Below are positions 29,707 to 40,254 of a stretch of DNA of 64,000 nt, one piece after another. Below the pieces are notes generated by a model that had not been told where the DNA came from, made no database searches, and worked only from the letters and a program-made list of their open reading frames with translations. The stretch is from Methanobacteriota archaeon (GTDB taxonomy: Archaea > Halobacteriota > Bog-38 > Methanoflorentales > Methanoflorentaceae). Where the stretch lies: the NCBI GenBank assembly GCA_963719035.1, contig CAVRAO010000002.1, positions 192,001-256,000 of the forward strand, written 5' to 3'. The stretch's first letter is position 1, and every line of letters begins with the position of its first letter. The position numbers and the translations under genes were made by a program.

Positions 29707-30369
29707 CTAATTGACGTCCAACCCCCTGACTCTAGCTTGCCGCGCTTTGATGTGAGCTAAACGCAGTGGCTCGGGTAATCTGTGGTTTGTTACGCATCGT
29801 TGGACGACCCGCAGCGCGCATTTCTGCGAAATGTGGTGGCCTGGACTTATAAAGATCGGTTTGGTTCCAATCATCGTTGTTAAGACGAAACCGAGCTGTC
29901 GGCTCTTGAAATTCAATGGAACGTAGCGATAAACTTTATCGGGTGCGACGTATTCTCCGCAGAGTCTTGTCTTGGATACGCCGATTGTTGGTATGTTGAG
30001 AACGACACCGAGATGTGACGCAAATCCTGCAAAGCGTGGATGGTTGATGCCACATCCGTGCACGATTAAAACGTCAGGTTTCGTGCGCAGCTTCTTCAGA
30101 GCAGCTATTGCAGCAGGCCCCTCACGAAAGAAGAGCAGTCCAGCGATGTAGGGCATTGTTATTCTTGCGCTCGCAATTGATTCGTCAATGACATTCATCA
30201 ATGCGTCGACTATTATGGCTGACGAAAAAACAACGTCATTCGAAAAAGATTGGGCAACGGCCCCAATCGACTCAAAATTTCCAAGAGGGTCATCCAGAAC
30301 TACCTGCGCAGCGACGTCTGTTTGAATCCTAAGCAAATCCAGAAACTGAGTCGCGTCTCGTGCGACCAT
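29707..30369 (-). CDS. nfi: Endonuclease V family protein with a degenerate active site
   Basis: PYI.GLL.FRE, HPR.AG.ASHLG, PTIGVSK, PIFISPGH, RLPEPLRLAH motifs. Confidence 0.9.
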   Translation of the reverse strand: MVARDATQFLDLLRIQTDVAAQVVLDDPLGNFESIGAVAQSFSNDVVFSSAIIVDALMNVIDESIASARITMPYIAGLLFFREGPAAIAALKKLRTKPDVLIVHGCGINHPRFAGFASHLGVVLNIPTIGVSKTRLCGEYVAPDKVYRYVPLNFKSRQLGFVLTTMIGTKPIFISPGHHISQKCALRVVQRCVTNHRLPEPLRLAHIKARQARVRGLDVN

Positions 30370-30491
30370 CGCCTACTAGTAAGCCCCCTAGCTCAAAGTT
30401 TCCGCGAGATGTGCAAATGACCTATAAAGCTTACGTCTGACACTTATAGTCATTTCGAATCAGTCCCATTTAGCCAGAATCACAGTTCGAT

Positions 30492-31757
30492 TTACGAAGT
30501 ACCGGCATCGCGCTTGTACGTTGGGAAGTCAGTTTTGCTGTACCCTCGTTTGACATAATGCGTTGAAAAGAGTTCCTTATACCTTCTCGCTACCTCTTTC
30601 CACGTGATTGAGCGTCCGTACATATACGTTCTAATCTCCATCTCCCTTCTCAGACGATCGTTACGCATCAACGTAGTAACTGCTTCTGCTATCTCATATG
30701 AAGAGCCTGATTCGAGAATCACGCCTCGTTCGTCAGCCAACGCATCTAAAGCGTGTAAGTAGGGTGTTGCTATAATGGCTTTTCCACAACCAACCGCTTG
30801 AGAGAGCACGCCGCTAACGATCTGATCCCTAGCGAGATAGGGCATTACGCAGATATCCGTCGCGAGGAAGTGTAAGATTAGGTTCCGGTTGGTGAGGTAT
30901 CTATCGACAAACTTTACGTTTTGCTCTAACTCCAGATTAGTAATGAGCTCCTTTAAACGTGCGCGATAGCTTTCTCCTTCGTTTTTTACCACGTTCGGAT
31001 GGGTCTCTCCAACGATTAAATAGAGGACATTCATCGCTGGATTATCGGCGATCACCTTGGGCAGCGCTTCAAGGACGAACTCTATGCCCTTTGCGGGGTG
31101 AAGCAACCCGAAGGAGCCTAACACAAACCTGCGAGAAAAACCGAGCTTCTTCTTAGGCCGCTCCGAGCTGATGAACGGAACGTCTGGAACGCCGTGAGGG
31201 ATAACCTTTACTTTTTCAGGGTTAAGGTCAAACGCCTTTTTCAAGATGTCGACGCCAACATGTCCAGGTACAACGACTTCTGCCGAAAGACGATATATCT
31301 CGCGCATTACCGCTTTGGCCTCTTCAGGCGGCTTAGGCATAACCGTGTGTAGTGTAGTCACGATCGGTTTTTCGAGGACATCCATAAAATCAAGGATGTA
31401 CCGGCCCCATGAGCCACCGTACAGTCCATATTCGTGTTGTATATTTACCACGTCAGTGCGCGATGCGTTTATCTTATGTGCTGACTCGACGAAGCTGATT
31501 TGATCGGTATCTTTAATGATGTAAGCAACCCTCGATTTCGGATAAATGAGTGGACTCAAACATCCATAAGCACTCGAATCCTTGTTTCCATCGATGGCGC
31601 ATACATTTGCCTTTATTTCCGGATTCTCGTTTATGATATTGAAAAGCAGATCTTGCGTGAAAGTAGCTATACCACATTCTCGAGGTGGAAACGTACTAAC
31701 GAACGTAAGGCCCAGCCGGTCGCGCAGCATCAGGCTGTATATTGGAGTCCGACTCAC
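30492..31757 (-). CDS. GT4 family glycosyltransferase
   Basis: STFPPRECGIATF, IQHEYG, IPHG, FGLL..KG, SGVL..A motifs. Confidence 0.9.
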   Translation of the reverse strand: MSRTPIYSLMLRDRLGLTFVSTFPPRECGIATFTQDLLFNIINENPEIKANVCAIDGNKDSSAYGCLSPLIYPKSRVAYIIKDTDQISFVESAHKINASRTDVVNIQHEYGLYGGSWGRYILDFMDVLEKPIVTTLHTVMPKPPEEAKAVMREIYRLSAEVVVPGHVGVDILKKAFDLNPEKVKVIPHGVPDVPFISSERPKKKLGFSRRFVLGSFGLLHPAKGIEFVLEALPKVIADNPAMNVLYLIVGETHPNVVKNEGESYRARLKELITNLELEQNVKFVDRYLTNRNLILHFLATDICVMPYLARDQIVSGVLSQAVGCGKAIIATPYLHALDALADERGVILESGSSYEIAEAVTTLMRNDRLRREMEIRTYMYGRSITWKEVARRYKELFSTHYVKRGYSKTDFPTYKRDAGTS

Positions 31758-31987
31758 TTAAAACTATTGAACTGCGCTCGTGAACCCATCAGCGGAAGCA
31801 AACGAAACATTTAAAGGTTTTTTGAGATTCCTAGCTAAGAAATATGTCAATTTCGGGCTTATTCAGTTGACGTGTTCCAAGTCGTTCGAAGCGCCAAAGC
31901 TATGAATAAACAGGTTTATTGCGATGCAACAAGCAAACTTGCCATTCAGATAAAAGTTCATCGATTGAATTTGTTGGAGCGACTTTG

Positions 31988-33106
31988 ATGTGGGCAGAAC
32001 GCACTTCACATATTTCTCTGTCGGGAATTCGAGAGATGTTTGCACTGACCAAGCTAAACGCAATAAACCTAGGTCTTGGACAGCCGGACTTTGACACCCC
32101 AGTGCACATCAAAGAAGCGGCAAAAGAAGCGCTTGATGCGGGCTTTACCGGCTACACCCCTAACAAGGGCTTTCCTGAACTAATTGACGCAATCGCACGG
32201 TATTATGAACAGTACGGAATTCACGCTGGCCAAGAACAGATTATATGCACGTCAGGTGGCAGTGAAGCCCTACATCTTGCGTTTGAAGCCTTGGTCAACT
32301 CAGGCGATGAAGTCATCATTCCCGATCCTGGATTTGTTGCGTATTCGCCGCTCACGCGCGTTGCGGGAGGTATCCCGATCAGTGCGAGGATCAATGCTGA
32401 TGATGATTTCAGGCTGCAACCTAGCACAGTTGCAGATTGTATCACGCATAAGACGAAAGTGCTCGTCATAAACTCACCTGCAAACCCCACTGGTGCGGTG
32501 CAGCGATACGACGAGCTTAAGGGGTTTGTCGAACTAGCCAACGACTATGATTTTTACATAATCTCCGATGAAGTATATGATAAAATACTCTATGCTGGAG
32601 AACACGTAAGCGCAGGAAGTATCGACTCTGACCGTGTCATCGTTGTCAATTCAGTATCAAAGACCTATGCGATGACTGGGTGGCGCCTTGGGTACGCAAT
32701 CGCACCTGACTCGATTATAGAAGAGATGTTGAAGGTACATCAATACATTCAAGCATGTGCGCCCTCTATTTCACAAAAAGCAGCTTATGCCGCATTAAAC
32801 GGCCCTCAGGAAAGCGTCGGTTCGATGGTTGAAGAATTTAGGACACGGCGCAACGCTGTAATGCAGCACCTTAAAGAGATAGCAGAATGCGTAACACCTG
32901 AAGGGGCTTTTTACGTTTTTCCACGGTTTTTCACGTCAGACACGAGCCTCGGCCTTACAAAGAAGCTAGCACAAGAAGGCGTAATCGTCGTAGCGGGGTC
33001 GACGTTCGGACGCTTTGGAGAGGGGCACATACGAATCTCGTATGCAGCGAGTCAACAGGCCATAGACCGCGCATTTCAAATAATTAAAAAGCAGATATTG
33101 ACGTGA
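31988..33106 (+). CDS. Class I/II PLP-dependent aminotransferase
   Basis: GQPDF, NSPANPTG, SDEVY, SKTYAMTGWRLG motifs. Confidence 0.93.
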   Translation: MWAERTSHISLSGIREMFALTKLNAINLGLGQPDFDTPVHIKEAAKEALDAGFTGYTPNKGFPELIDAIARYYEQYGIHAGQEQIICTSGGSEALHLAFEALVNSGDEVIIPDPGFVAYSPLTRVAGGIPISARINADDDFRLQPSTVADCITHKTKVLVINSPANPTGAVQRYDELKGFVELANDYDFYIISDEVYDKILYAGEHVSAGSIDSDRVIVVNSVSKTYAMTGWRLGYAIAPDSIIEEMLKVHQYIQACAPSISQKAAYAALNGPQESVGSMVEEFRTRRNAVMQHLKEIAECVTPEGAFYVFPRFFTSDTSLGLTKKLAQEGVIVVAGSTFGRFGEGHIRISYAASQQAIDRAFQIIKKQILT

Positions 33107-33123
33107 TAGCTGCCGCGTGCCAC

Positions 33124-34449
33124 CTATAAGGCACCTCGTAGATCTAATACCTTTTTTGACTTGCCTTCGGTTCGCTCTATTGTCCCTCGCTCTACGAGCT
33201 CGACCTTTGTTCTAACGTTGAGTGTGTCCCTCAACGCTCTTTCTACCTTTTGTATCACGCGCTGCAAGTCTTCAACGTCACCTGTGAAGTACTCTTGTTC
33301 GAGTTCACAACGTACCGTCAATTCGTCAAGGTGCTTAATCCGCTGAACAACTATTTGGAAGTGAGTGCCTACTTCCGGAATAGACATAAGGATGTGTTCT
33401 ATTTGGCTCGGAAACACGTTTATGCCTCGTATAACGAGCATATCGTCGACTCTGCCTAGTATTTTTGCTGTACGGATACTCGTTCTCCCACACGCACAGT
33501 CTGAACCTTTTATGTACGTCACATCTCCAGTGCGGTACCGTAAGAGCGGAAGCGCTTCTTTAGTGAGTGACGTGAGTACTAACTCGCCTCGTTCGCCCTC
33601 CTTACAGGGTGTACCATCTGGTTTTACCACTTCGACGATGAAGTGATCGCTCCAAAAATGGAGTCCGTCCTGTTCTTTACACTCAAAGGCGACGCCTGGC
33701 CCATTCAATTCTGAAAGCCCATATGAATCGTACGCCTTTACCCCGAGCTCGCGTTCGAGAATGGGGCGCGTGTTATATGACCACGGCTCGGCTCCAAAGC
33801 AGCCAGTCTTGAGGGGTAAGTCACGCGTTGGATCAAAGCCCAACTCCTTGGTCGTCTCAGCTAAATAAAGCGCGTACGAGGGCGTTGCGTGCACTGCGGT
33901 CACACCGTAGTTCCTCATCATTTCGATCTGTTTTATAGTCCCTCCTGTACCGCTAGGAATTACCATTGCTCCGACAAGCTCTGCGCCGTAATGCATACCG
34001 AGACCACCAGTAAATAGTCCATAGCTGACCGCATTTTGAAAAACGTCGACGGAATTAATGCCGACCATAGTGAGGCACCGAGCCATCATGTTTGCCCAGT
34101 TAGTGATATCGCGCGCGGTATAGCCAACAACGGTGGGGGGACCGCTCGTTCCGCTTGACGCGTGAATTCTAATTACTTGCTCGTGTGGCACAGCAAAGAG
34201 GCCAAAAGGGAAATGATCACGCAAGTCGGCCTTTCTTGTGAAGGGTAACTTCTCTACGTCTTCCTGCTTAGTGATATCTGAGGGCGTGATCCCGAGTTCT
34301 TCAAGCTTTTTGCGGTAGAATGGGACGTGTTCGTAGACCTTCTCGACGGTATTTCTGAGACGGAGGCCCTGAAGTTCCTCAAGCTTTTCGATCGGTAAAG
34401 TCTCCTCTGTCGCTTGCCAATACTCGCGTCTTTCACCTTTTTTGTTCAT
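33124..34449 (-). CDS. paaK: Phenylacetate-CoA ligase family protein
   Basis: HASSGTSG, YGLFTGGLG, GAEPWS, YGLSE, RYRTGD, GINVFPSQIE motifs. Confidence 0.92.
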   Translation of the reverse strand: MNKKGERREYWQATEETLPIEKLEELQGLRLRNTVEKVYEHVPFYRKKLEELGITPSDITKQEDVEKLPFTRKADLRDHFPFGLFAVPHEQVIRIHASSGTSGPPTVVGYTARDITNWANMMARCLTMVGINSVDVFQNAVSYGLFTGGLGMHYGAELVGAMVIPSGTGGTIKQIEMMRNYGVTAVHATPSYALYLAETTKELGFDPTRDLPLKTGCFGAEPWSYNTRPILERELGVKAYDSYGLSELNGPGVAFECKEQDGLHFWSDHFIVEVVKPDGTPCKEGERGELVLTSLTKEALPLLRYRTGDVTYIKGSDCACGRTSIRTAKILGRVDDMLVIRGINVFPSQIEHILMSIPEVGTHFQIVVQRIKHLDELTVRCELEQEYFTGDVEDLQRVIQKVERALRDTLNVRTKVELVERGTIERTEGKSKKVLDLRGAL

Positions 34450-34491
34450 GAGAGCCCCCCTATAGTGTAGCAGACACTGTGTTGAGCTTTC

Positions 34492-35859
34492 TTATTGAGA
34501 GCCTACCCGCTTTTGCGCAATTAGTTCCTTAAACTGCACTGCTTCTAGACTCTGCGGGTCTATCTCAAGCGCACGGTCAAAACTTGTCAGCGCTTCATCA
34601 TAGAGGTTAAGGCTGTAAAGAGCGCTGCCTTTTGATGTCCACGCAAACTCATCGTTCTCGTCGACTTCCAACACGTGATCGAAGCACGCGATCGCCTCTT
34701 CAAAATTCCCTAGGCCATCACACGCACTGCCCTTAAACGAAAGTGCGTACGTATCGTCAGGGTTTATGTCGAGCACCTTATCAAAAACAGCGATCGCTTC
34801 TTCGTATCGGTCGGCACTAAAAAGAATGAATCCTTTTCTATTGAGCACCCAGAGGTTCTCCGGATCTAATTCAAACGCTTTATCTAAGCACGCAATGGCC
34901 TCATCGAAGCGGTTGAGGCTATCGAACGCTAGGCCTTTGTTGATCCACGCGAGGATGTAGTCTGGGCTAATTTTAAGGGCTTTGTCGAAGTTTTCCAACG
35001 CATCGTCAAACTTTTGCAAGTTATAATAGACATAGCCCTTGTTATTGTGTGAGATAAAATAATCTGGATTGATGCTTAATGCCTTTTCGAAACTCTCTAA
35101 GGCTTCCGTCCACTTGTATAAGCTCGCAAGGGCGAGTCCTCGACCATCCCATGCTGGGGCACGGGTATCATCAATTGTAAGGCCTTTATCATAATTGATG
35201 ACCGCGTCGTCGTAGCGCTCCAAATTAGCGAGAGCATTTGCTCGGTAGAACCAAGCGTCCGCATTGTTGGCTTCAATCAAGAGCGCCCTCTCGAACATCC
35301 CTTCAGCTTTTTCGTTGTCGTTCATAAGCGCGTAGCATACGCCCATGTTAAACCACGGCAAATCAAACTCAGGGTCGATCTGTTGTGCCTTGTTATAGCA
35401 TTTGAGTGCTTGTTCCAACGAACCCTGTTTTTGGAACAAATAACCCTTAGCATTATAGGCTACGGCAAAACTATTATCACTGGCAATTGCTGCGTTGAAC
35501 AAACTTAAAGCGGCGTCCACGTCTCCTAAATCACGGAGAATGCTTCCTTTCGCGACTAGAGCAGCCGCGTGATTTGGGTTTACTTCTAAGGCCCGGTTAT
35601 AGTAACTAAGCGCCATTTCACCGTCGCCCATCTCCTCAGTTAATGAGCCAAACGTAAAGAGGGCATCAGCGTTGGAGGGTTCTATTTCGAGTGCTCTCTC
35701 GAGTCGATCTAATGCTTCTGTAGGTTTTCCTTGCTGTCGAAGCAAAAGTGCCTCTTCCAAAACATCAGATCCTGTTTTAACTATTTGACTTCCACATTCG
35801 CAACACGCTTCGGCCTCTTTTGGATTGATAGCTCCACATCCTGGACATAGCGTTGTCAT
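34492..35859 (-). CDS. TPR-repeat protein with an N-terminal zinc ribbon
   Basis: CPGCG...CCECG followed by about a dozen 34-aa TPRs (W..KG..L...A...F..AL.I.P). Confidence 0.9.
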   Translation of the reverse strand: MTTLCPGCGAINPKEAEACCECGSQIVKTGSDVLEEALLLRQQGKPTEALDRLERALEIEPSNADALFTFGSLTEEMGDGEMALSYYNRALEVNPNHAAALVAKGSILRDLGDVDAALSLFNAAIASDNSFAVAYNAKGYLFQKQGSLEQALKCYNKAQQIDPEFDLPWFNMGVCYALMNDNEKAEGMFERALLIEANNADAWFYRANALANLERYDDAVINYDKGLTIDDTRAPAWDGRGLALASLYKWTEALESFEKALSINPDYFISHNNKGYVYYNLQKFDDALENFDKALKISPDYILAWINKGLAFDSLNRFDEAIACLDKAFELDPENLWVLNRKGFILFSADRYEEAIAVFDKVLDINPDDTYALSFKGSACDGLGNFEEAIACFDHVLEVDENDEFAWTSKGSALYSLNLYDEALTSFDRALEIDPQSLEAVQFKELIAQKRVGSQ

Positions 35860-36008
35860 CTTTTTTTAATGCGGTTTCTGGCTGATATGCTTTACTCTTT
35901 TTTCGCGATAGTGATAAACATCCTGTTCGAAATATTAAAAATAGATTAAAAAAAATAACAAAACCCCTAATCTGTGTTGTCCTGTAGTGTTCTTACAAAT
36001 AACGAGGA

Positions 36009-36588
36009 TTACAGATTACGCTTTGAATACTTCTGCCCAAGTTTAAACGCTCTGACGTTAGCTTCCTGTGCCTTTTTAGGAACGTACTCGGCTATAACGT
36101 CTTCTAACGTAGTAAGGGGCAACAAATGTGCAAGTGTCCCTAACATGACAACGTTGAGCGTTTGAGGGTGGCCTGCCTCGAGCGCGAGGCGTGTTGCATC
36201 ATACGCAATAACGCGCCCACACGTAGCTGCGAGCGCCTGGATCAGACTTGCTACAGGGGGATAATCGCTTCCGGCAGCTGGCACGATATGCGTGTTGATA
36301 ACAGCAGTTCCTTCAGACGAAAGATAGCGTGCGAATCGCAAGCACTCGGCAGGCTCCAAGCCAACGATGGCGTCTGCACTTCGCAATGGAATAAGTGGCC
36401 CGTACCGATGTGCCTATGCGGACGTGAACCTCAACAGTCCCCCCTCGTTGTGCCATCCCGTGCGTCTCTGCAGAAATCACCTCGTAGCCCTCGCGCAAGG
36501 CTGTTTCGCCTAGCACCCCTGAAGCGAAAATGGAGCCTTGGCCGCCGACGCCTACGATAATGCAATCAAATTTTTCATCTTGTGCCAT
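36009..36588 (-). pseudogene. iorB: Indolepyruvate:ferredoxin oxidoreductase beta subunit, +1 frameshift near 36405
   Basis: GVGGQG and ETHGMAQRGG in 36313..36588; GPLIP..AD..GLEP.E and NVVMLG in the other frame. Confidence 0.88.
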
Positions 36589-36597
36589 AATGCATTC

Positions 36598-38427
36598 TCA
36601 AGCCGTTTTGATAGCGTCGAATTCGCAGATCTGCTCACACACACCGCAGCCAATACAGTCTTCCGAAATGTGGGCGCACGAGTCACTATAGCTGATCGAT
36701 GGGCAAAAGAGCGTGCCACAAAGCATACAACTCGCAAAGTAGTTCTTGCACGTTGAAGTAACTCGTTTTTTCGTCTTTGAAAGCGCCCCTGCTTTTTTGG
36801 CGCTAATTAAGCATGCGCGCCTTGCGATGACAACTTGTACGCCGTCGCCGTCCTTAGCTTTGACGAATGCTTCTTCGGTTTCAGATAAGTTGTAGGGATC
36901 GACAACGTAGAGCCCCTGAACGCCAACGGCTTTAATGAGGTCTTCCATAGGAGTCTGGAAGTTGCATGTTCCCGTTGCGGTCTCACCAGTGCACGGGTGG
37001 GGCTGATGGCCCGTCATTGCAGTTGTATTATTATCCAAAATGATAAGCGTCATTTTCGCTCCGTTATAAACGGCGTTAATCAATCCCGGAACGCCTGTGT
37101 GCACAAAGGTAGAGTCACCGATAACGCTCACTATTTCCCTATCCTCTCCGCAAGCAGCTGCAAATCCGCTGCCCATGCTGACGCTTGCGCCCATGCAAAG
37201 CGTGGTATCTATCGTCCCCTGACTCACGCCTAGGGTGTAACATCCGATATCTCCCACATAGATTGCGGACTTCTTGAAAACTTTCTTCAACGAATAAAAC
37301 GTTGCGCGATGAGGACATCCCGCACAGAGTATAGGCGGCCGAGAGGGGAGCGAATGCTCTACAGCGATTAATTCAACTGGAATGTTTGTTGTTACGAAAC
37401 GGTCGATCGCCTGACCTAACCCCTTTAACACCAAGTCTACCGTGAGTTCACCTTCTCGAGGCACGTGTCCGGTGAGCTTCCCAAGCACCTCAACCGTGCC
37501 CGCTAGTGCGTTGACTTTCTCTTCAATTACGGGTTCGAGTTCTTCGATGACCAAAATCTTACGTGAGTTATTGATTAGTGCCACAATGGCGTCGTTATTC
37601 ATAGGATAGGCGGCGATTCGCAATATGGAAGGCTCTAGCTGTAGTCTCATTACCGCCTCCTCAACATATTTTGCGGCCACGCCTGAGGTTACAACGCCAA
37701 GCTCAGACTTCTTAAGCTTAAGTCTGCTCAAGGAAGCGAGCTCAGAACGGAGAAGCGGTTGGAGTTTGTTCAGCTCTACATGCCGGAGGCGCGCATGAGC
37801 TGGTACCATGACCCATCTTTCGGGTTTTTTTTCGAAGCGTGCCAGCCGCTGGTCGCTGTGTTGACCGCTTAATATGACAGACGCTCGTGCATGCGAAACG
37901 CGGGTTGTCGGACGGAGTATGACTGGGATTTCGAATTGTTCAGACAACTTGAATGCGTATTTTGTAAACTCATATGCTTCTTGCGGTGTTGATGGATCAA
38001 GGCATGGGATTTTTGCAAAGTACGCATATCTGCGCGAATCTTGCTCATTTTGAGAGGAATAACAGCCTGGATCATCGGCAACGACAAGCACAAGTCCGCC
38101 CTTGACACCGGTATACGCAAGCGTCATGAGCGGGTCGGCTGCCACATTGAGGCCGACGTGTTTCATTATGACCGCCGCCCGTACGTTACAGTACGAAGCG
38201 CCGGCTGCGACTTCGAGAGCTACTTTCTCGTTGACTGACCACTCGACGTGTGGTGGCTTTTTATAACGCTCGACATTTCGAGCTATGAAAGGAATGATCT
38301 CAGATGAAGGCGTTCCCGGATAACCAGATACGACTGAAACACCAGCCTCCAATAAGCCGTGCGCGATTGCTTCGTTTCCTAAGAGGTACTTGCGACTACT
38401 TTGCTGCATGAGTTGTTGTCGATCCAA
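36598..38427 (-). CDS. iorA: Indolepyruvate:ferredoxin oxidoreductase alpha subunit
   Basis: GNEAIA, YPGTPSSE, KHVGLNVAAD, SSQNEQD, CAGCPH, GDST, C-terminal ferredoxin motif. Confidence 0.95.
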   Translation of the reverse strand: MDRQQLMQQSSRKYLLGNEAIAHGLLEAGVSVVSGYPGTPSSEIIPFIARNVERYKKPPHVEWSVNEKVALEVAAGASYCNVRAAVIMKHVGLNVAADPLMTLAYTGVKGGLVLVVADDPGCYSSQNEQDSRRYAYFAKIPCLDPSTPQEAYEFTKYAFKLSEQFEIPVILRPTTRVSHARASVILSGQHSDQRLARFEKKPERWVMVPAHARLRHVELNKLQPLLRSELASLSRLKLKKSELGVVTSGVAAKYVEEAVMRLQLEPSILRIAAYPMNNDAIVALINNSRKILVIEELEPVIEEKVNALAGTVEVLGKLTGHVPREGELTVDLVLKGLGQAIDRFVTTNIPVELIAVEHSLPSRPPILCAGCPHRATFYSLKKVFKKSAIYVGDIGCYTLGVSQGTIDTTLCMGASVSMGSGFAAACGEDREIVSVIGDSTFVHTGVPGLINAVYNGAKMTLIILDNNTTAMTGHQPHPCTGETATGTCNFQTPMEDLIKAVGVQGLYVVDPYNLSETEEAFVKAKDGDGVQVVIARRACLISAKKAGALSKTKKRVTSTCKNYFASCMLCGTLFCPSISYSDSCAHISEDCIGCGVCEQICEFDAIKTA

Positions 38428-38522
38428 TCAGCGTTGCCCTACGTTTTGGTGTCGTGTTAAATCAAAGTTTGTAGACTCGGCATTGACGCGTTGACTTCGA
38501 GATTGTCACCACATTGCGAATG

Positions 38523-39062
38523 CTAGCATTCTTCCCGTTTAACGGCGTGCATGTTTGCGAGCGTTACGTCCTGTGCTCGCGTGCGCATCACGTTGCAGAA
38601 ATCGTCCGATTCGGGATTATCTTCGATAAACACAACCTCATTGATTCCCGCATTCTTAATGAGCCGCCAACACATCTTACAAGGGGTTCCGTTAACGTAG
38701 AGCGTTGCGCCATTTATAGAAGCCCCTCCTCGAGCGGCCTGTATTATCGCATTTGCTTCGGCGTGGACGCTGACGCAGAGTTCGTATCGTTCGCCCTTGG
38801 GCACCTTCAAACGTTCTCGTTCACATCCGATGTTTAGACAATGTGGTTCATTGCGTGCAGCTCCGTTGTAGCCAGTCGATAATATATGGTCGCCGGTTGA
38901 CACGATAATTGCGCCGTACTGGCGTCTCGTACACGTGGAACGCAAGGACACCGTCTGCGCGAGCGCCATATAATACTCGTCCTTGGAGATTCTGTGATTA
39001 CGCTGTTCTGATGTCTTTGAAGCTATTTCCACGGCTTTACCGTCCCTGATTGCTTCTTGCAA
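38523..39062 (-). CDS. dCMP deaminase (ComEB-like)
   Basis: RSTC.RR, TGYNG, HAEANA, PCKMC motifs. Confidence 0.9.
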   Translation of the reverse strand: MQEAIRDGKAVEIASKTSEQRNHRISKDEYYMALAQTVSLRSTCTRRQYGAIIVSTGDHILSTGYNGAARNEPHCLNIGCERERLKVPKGERYELCVSVHAEANAIIQAARGGASINGATLYVNGTPCKMCWRLIKNAGINEVVFIEDNPESDDFCNVMRTRAQDVTLANMHAVKREEC

Positions 39063-39184
39063 GTTCTGCTTGCAATGCTTGCTGTGTGTATATTGTTTAG
39101 CCTATTTTAATACTTGGGGGAAAATACTTAAGCTTCAGGGAAAGTTTTGATGCCAACTATGCACGGAACCAACGCTGAGGGAAT

Positions 39185-39694
39185 ATGATGACAGGCGGGT
39201 ATCAAGAGATCAAAATTCTTGCGGCAGGCAATTATCTGATGGCGGACGATGGTGTAGGAATCCATATTCTCGAAAAGCTCGAACAGATGAACAGGGGCGA
39301 CGTTGAACTGGTGAATGTCGGCGTTGGTGGCCTGGCGATACTTGATTACATGGAAGATACCGACTATGTAATTATAATCGATGCTGTGCGAGGGGGCGGG
39401 GGAGAACCGGGGTCGATCTACAAATTCACGGACAAAGAGCTGCCCCCCGCAAATCTCTTTATGATGTCGTTACACGATCTGAGTCTGGTAGATACGCTAC
39501 GCTTGGGTCAGGAGATTCAGCCGGAGCTTATGCCGAGAAACATCACGATCATCGGTATAGAAGTTGAAAGAGTTGAAGGGATTTGCACAGACCTTTCACC
39601 TCGAGTTGAAGCTGCTATTGATGGAGTCCTGCAGCTAGTTTTTGATGAAATTCAACGATTTAGGAATGTGAAAGGGATAGATGAGAGAGGTTAG
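39185..39694 (+). CDS. Hydrogenase maturation protease
   Basis: GNYLMADDGVG, IIDAV, SLHD, LSPRV motifs. Confidence 0.9.
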   Translation: MMTGGYQEIKILAAGNYLMADDGVGIHILEKLEQMNRGDVELVNVGVGGLAILDYMEDTDYVIIIDAVRGGGGEPGSIYKFTDKELPPANLFMMSLHDLSLVDTLRLGQEIQPELMPRNITIIGIEVERVEGICTDLSPRVEAAIDGVLQLVFDEIQRFRNVKGIDERG

Positions 39695-39747
39695 GCAAAA
39701 ACCATATATATGCACTTTTAACAAGAGGAATAGCGAGGAAAATCGTT

Positions 39748-40032
39748 ATGGCAAAACCTATACTGATGGATTTTTATGCTGATTGGTGCGGACCTTGTAA
39801 GATACAGGACCCTATACTGGAAAAGCTCGAGGAAAAGCTTGGAGATAAAATAGAGTTTAAGAAGATTAACGTGGACGATAACCTGCAGTTAGCAAACAAG
39901 TATGGGATCCGCGTCGTTCCGACCTTAATACTAGAATGTAACGGAAAGATCATCGAGCATTATATCGGAGTAACGCGACCTGAAATCCTCGAAGCGGACT
40001 TGAACAAAGCAGCTGAATCGTGTTCTGAATAA
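39748..40032 (+). CDS. Thioredoxin
   Basis: DFYADWCGPCK and VPT motifs. Confidence 0.95.
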   Translation: MAKPILMDFYADWCGPCKIQDPILEKLEEKLGDKIEFKKINVDDNLQLANKYGIRVVPTLILECNGKIIEHYIGVTRPEILEADLNKAAESCSE

Positions 40033-40179
40033 ATCAGTAAGAGCTTGTTAACTTCCATTTTTTGCTTAAAACTCACTCTCGATTTTGCCGGTCTTATTAT
40101 TATGCAGCGCGACAGTTTATTAGCAACTCTCTGAGCTAATGGAACATACCAAAAAAAGTACCTCAAATATCGAGATTTA

Positions 40180-40254
40180 TAGCGGGGAGTGGATTTGAAC
40201 CACTGGTCTACGGGTTATGAGCCCGTCGGGATCTCCTGACTACCCCACCCCGCT
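40180..40254 (-). tRNA. Initiator tRNA-Met (CAT)
   Basis: AGCGGGG/CCCCGCT acceptor stem with A1-U72; ACGGG-CTCATAA-CCCGT anticodon arm with three G-C pairs; GGTTCAAATCC T-arm; TTTAAAT box upstream. Confidence 0.96.

Noticed and set aside
34492-35859. Periodic sequence as a DNA repeat array or CRISPR
   Set aside because: The periodicity is degenerate 34-aa TPR coding; there are no identical repeats with unique spacers and no cas genes.
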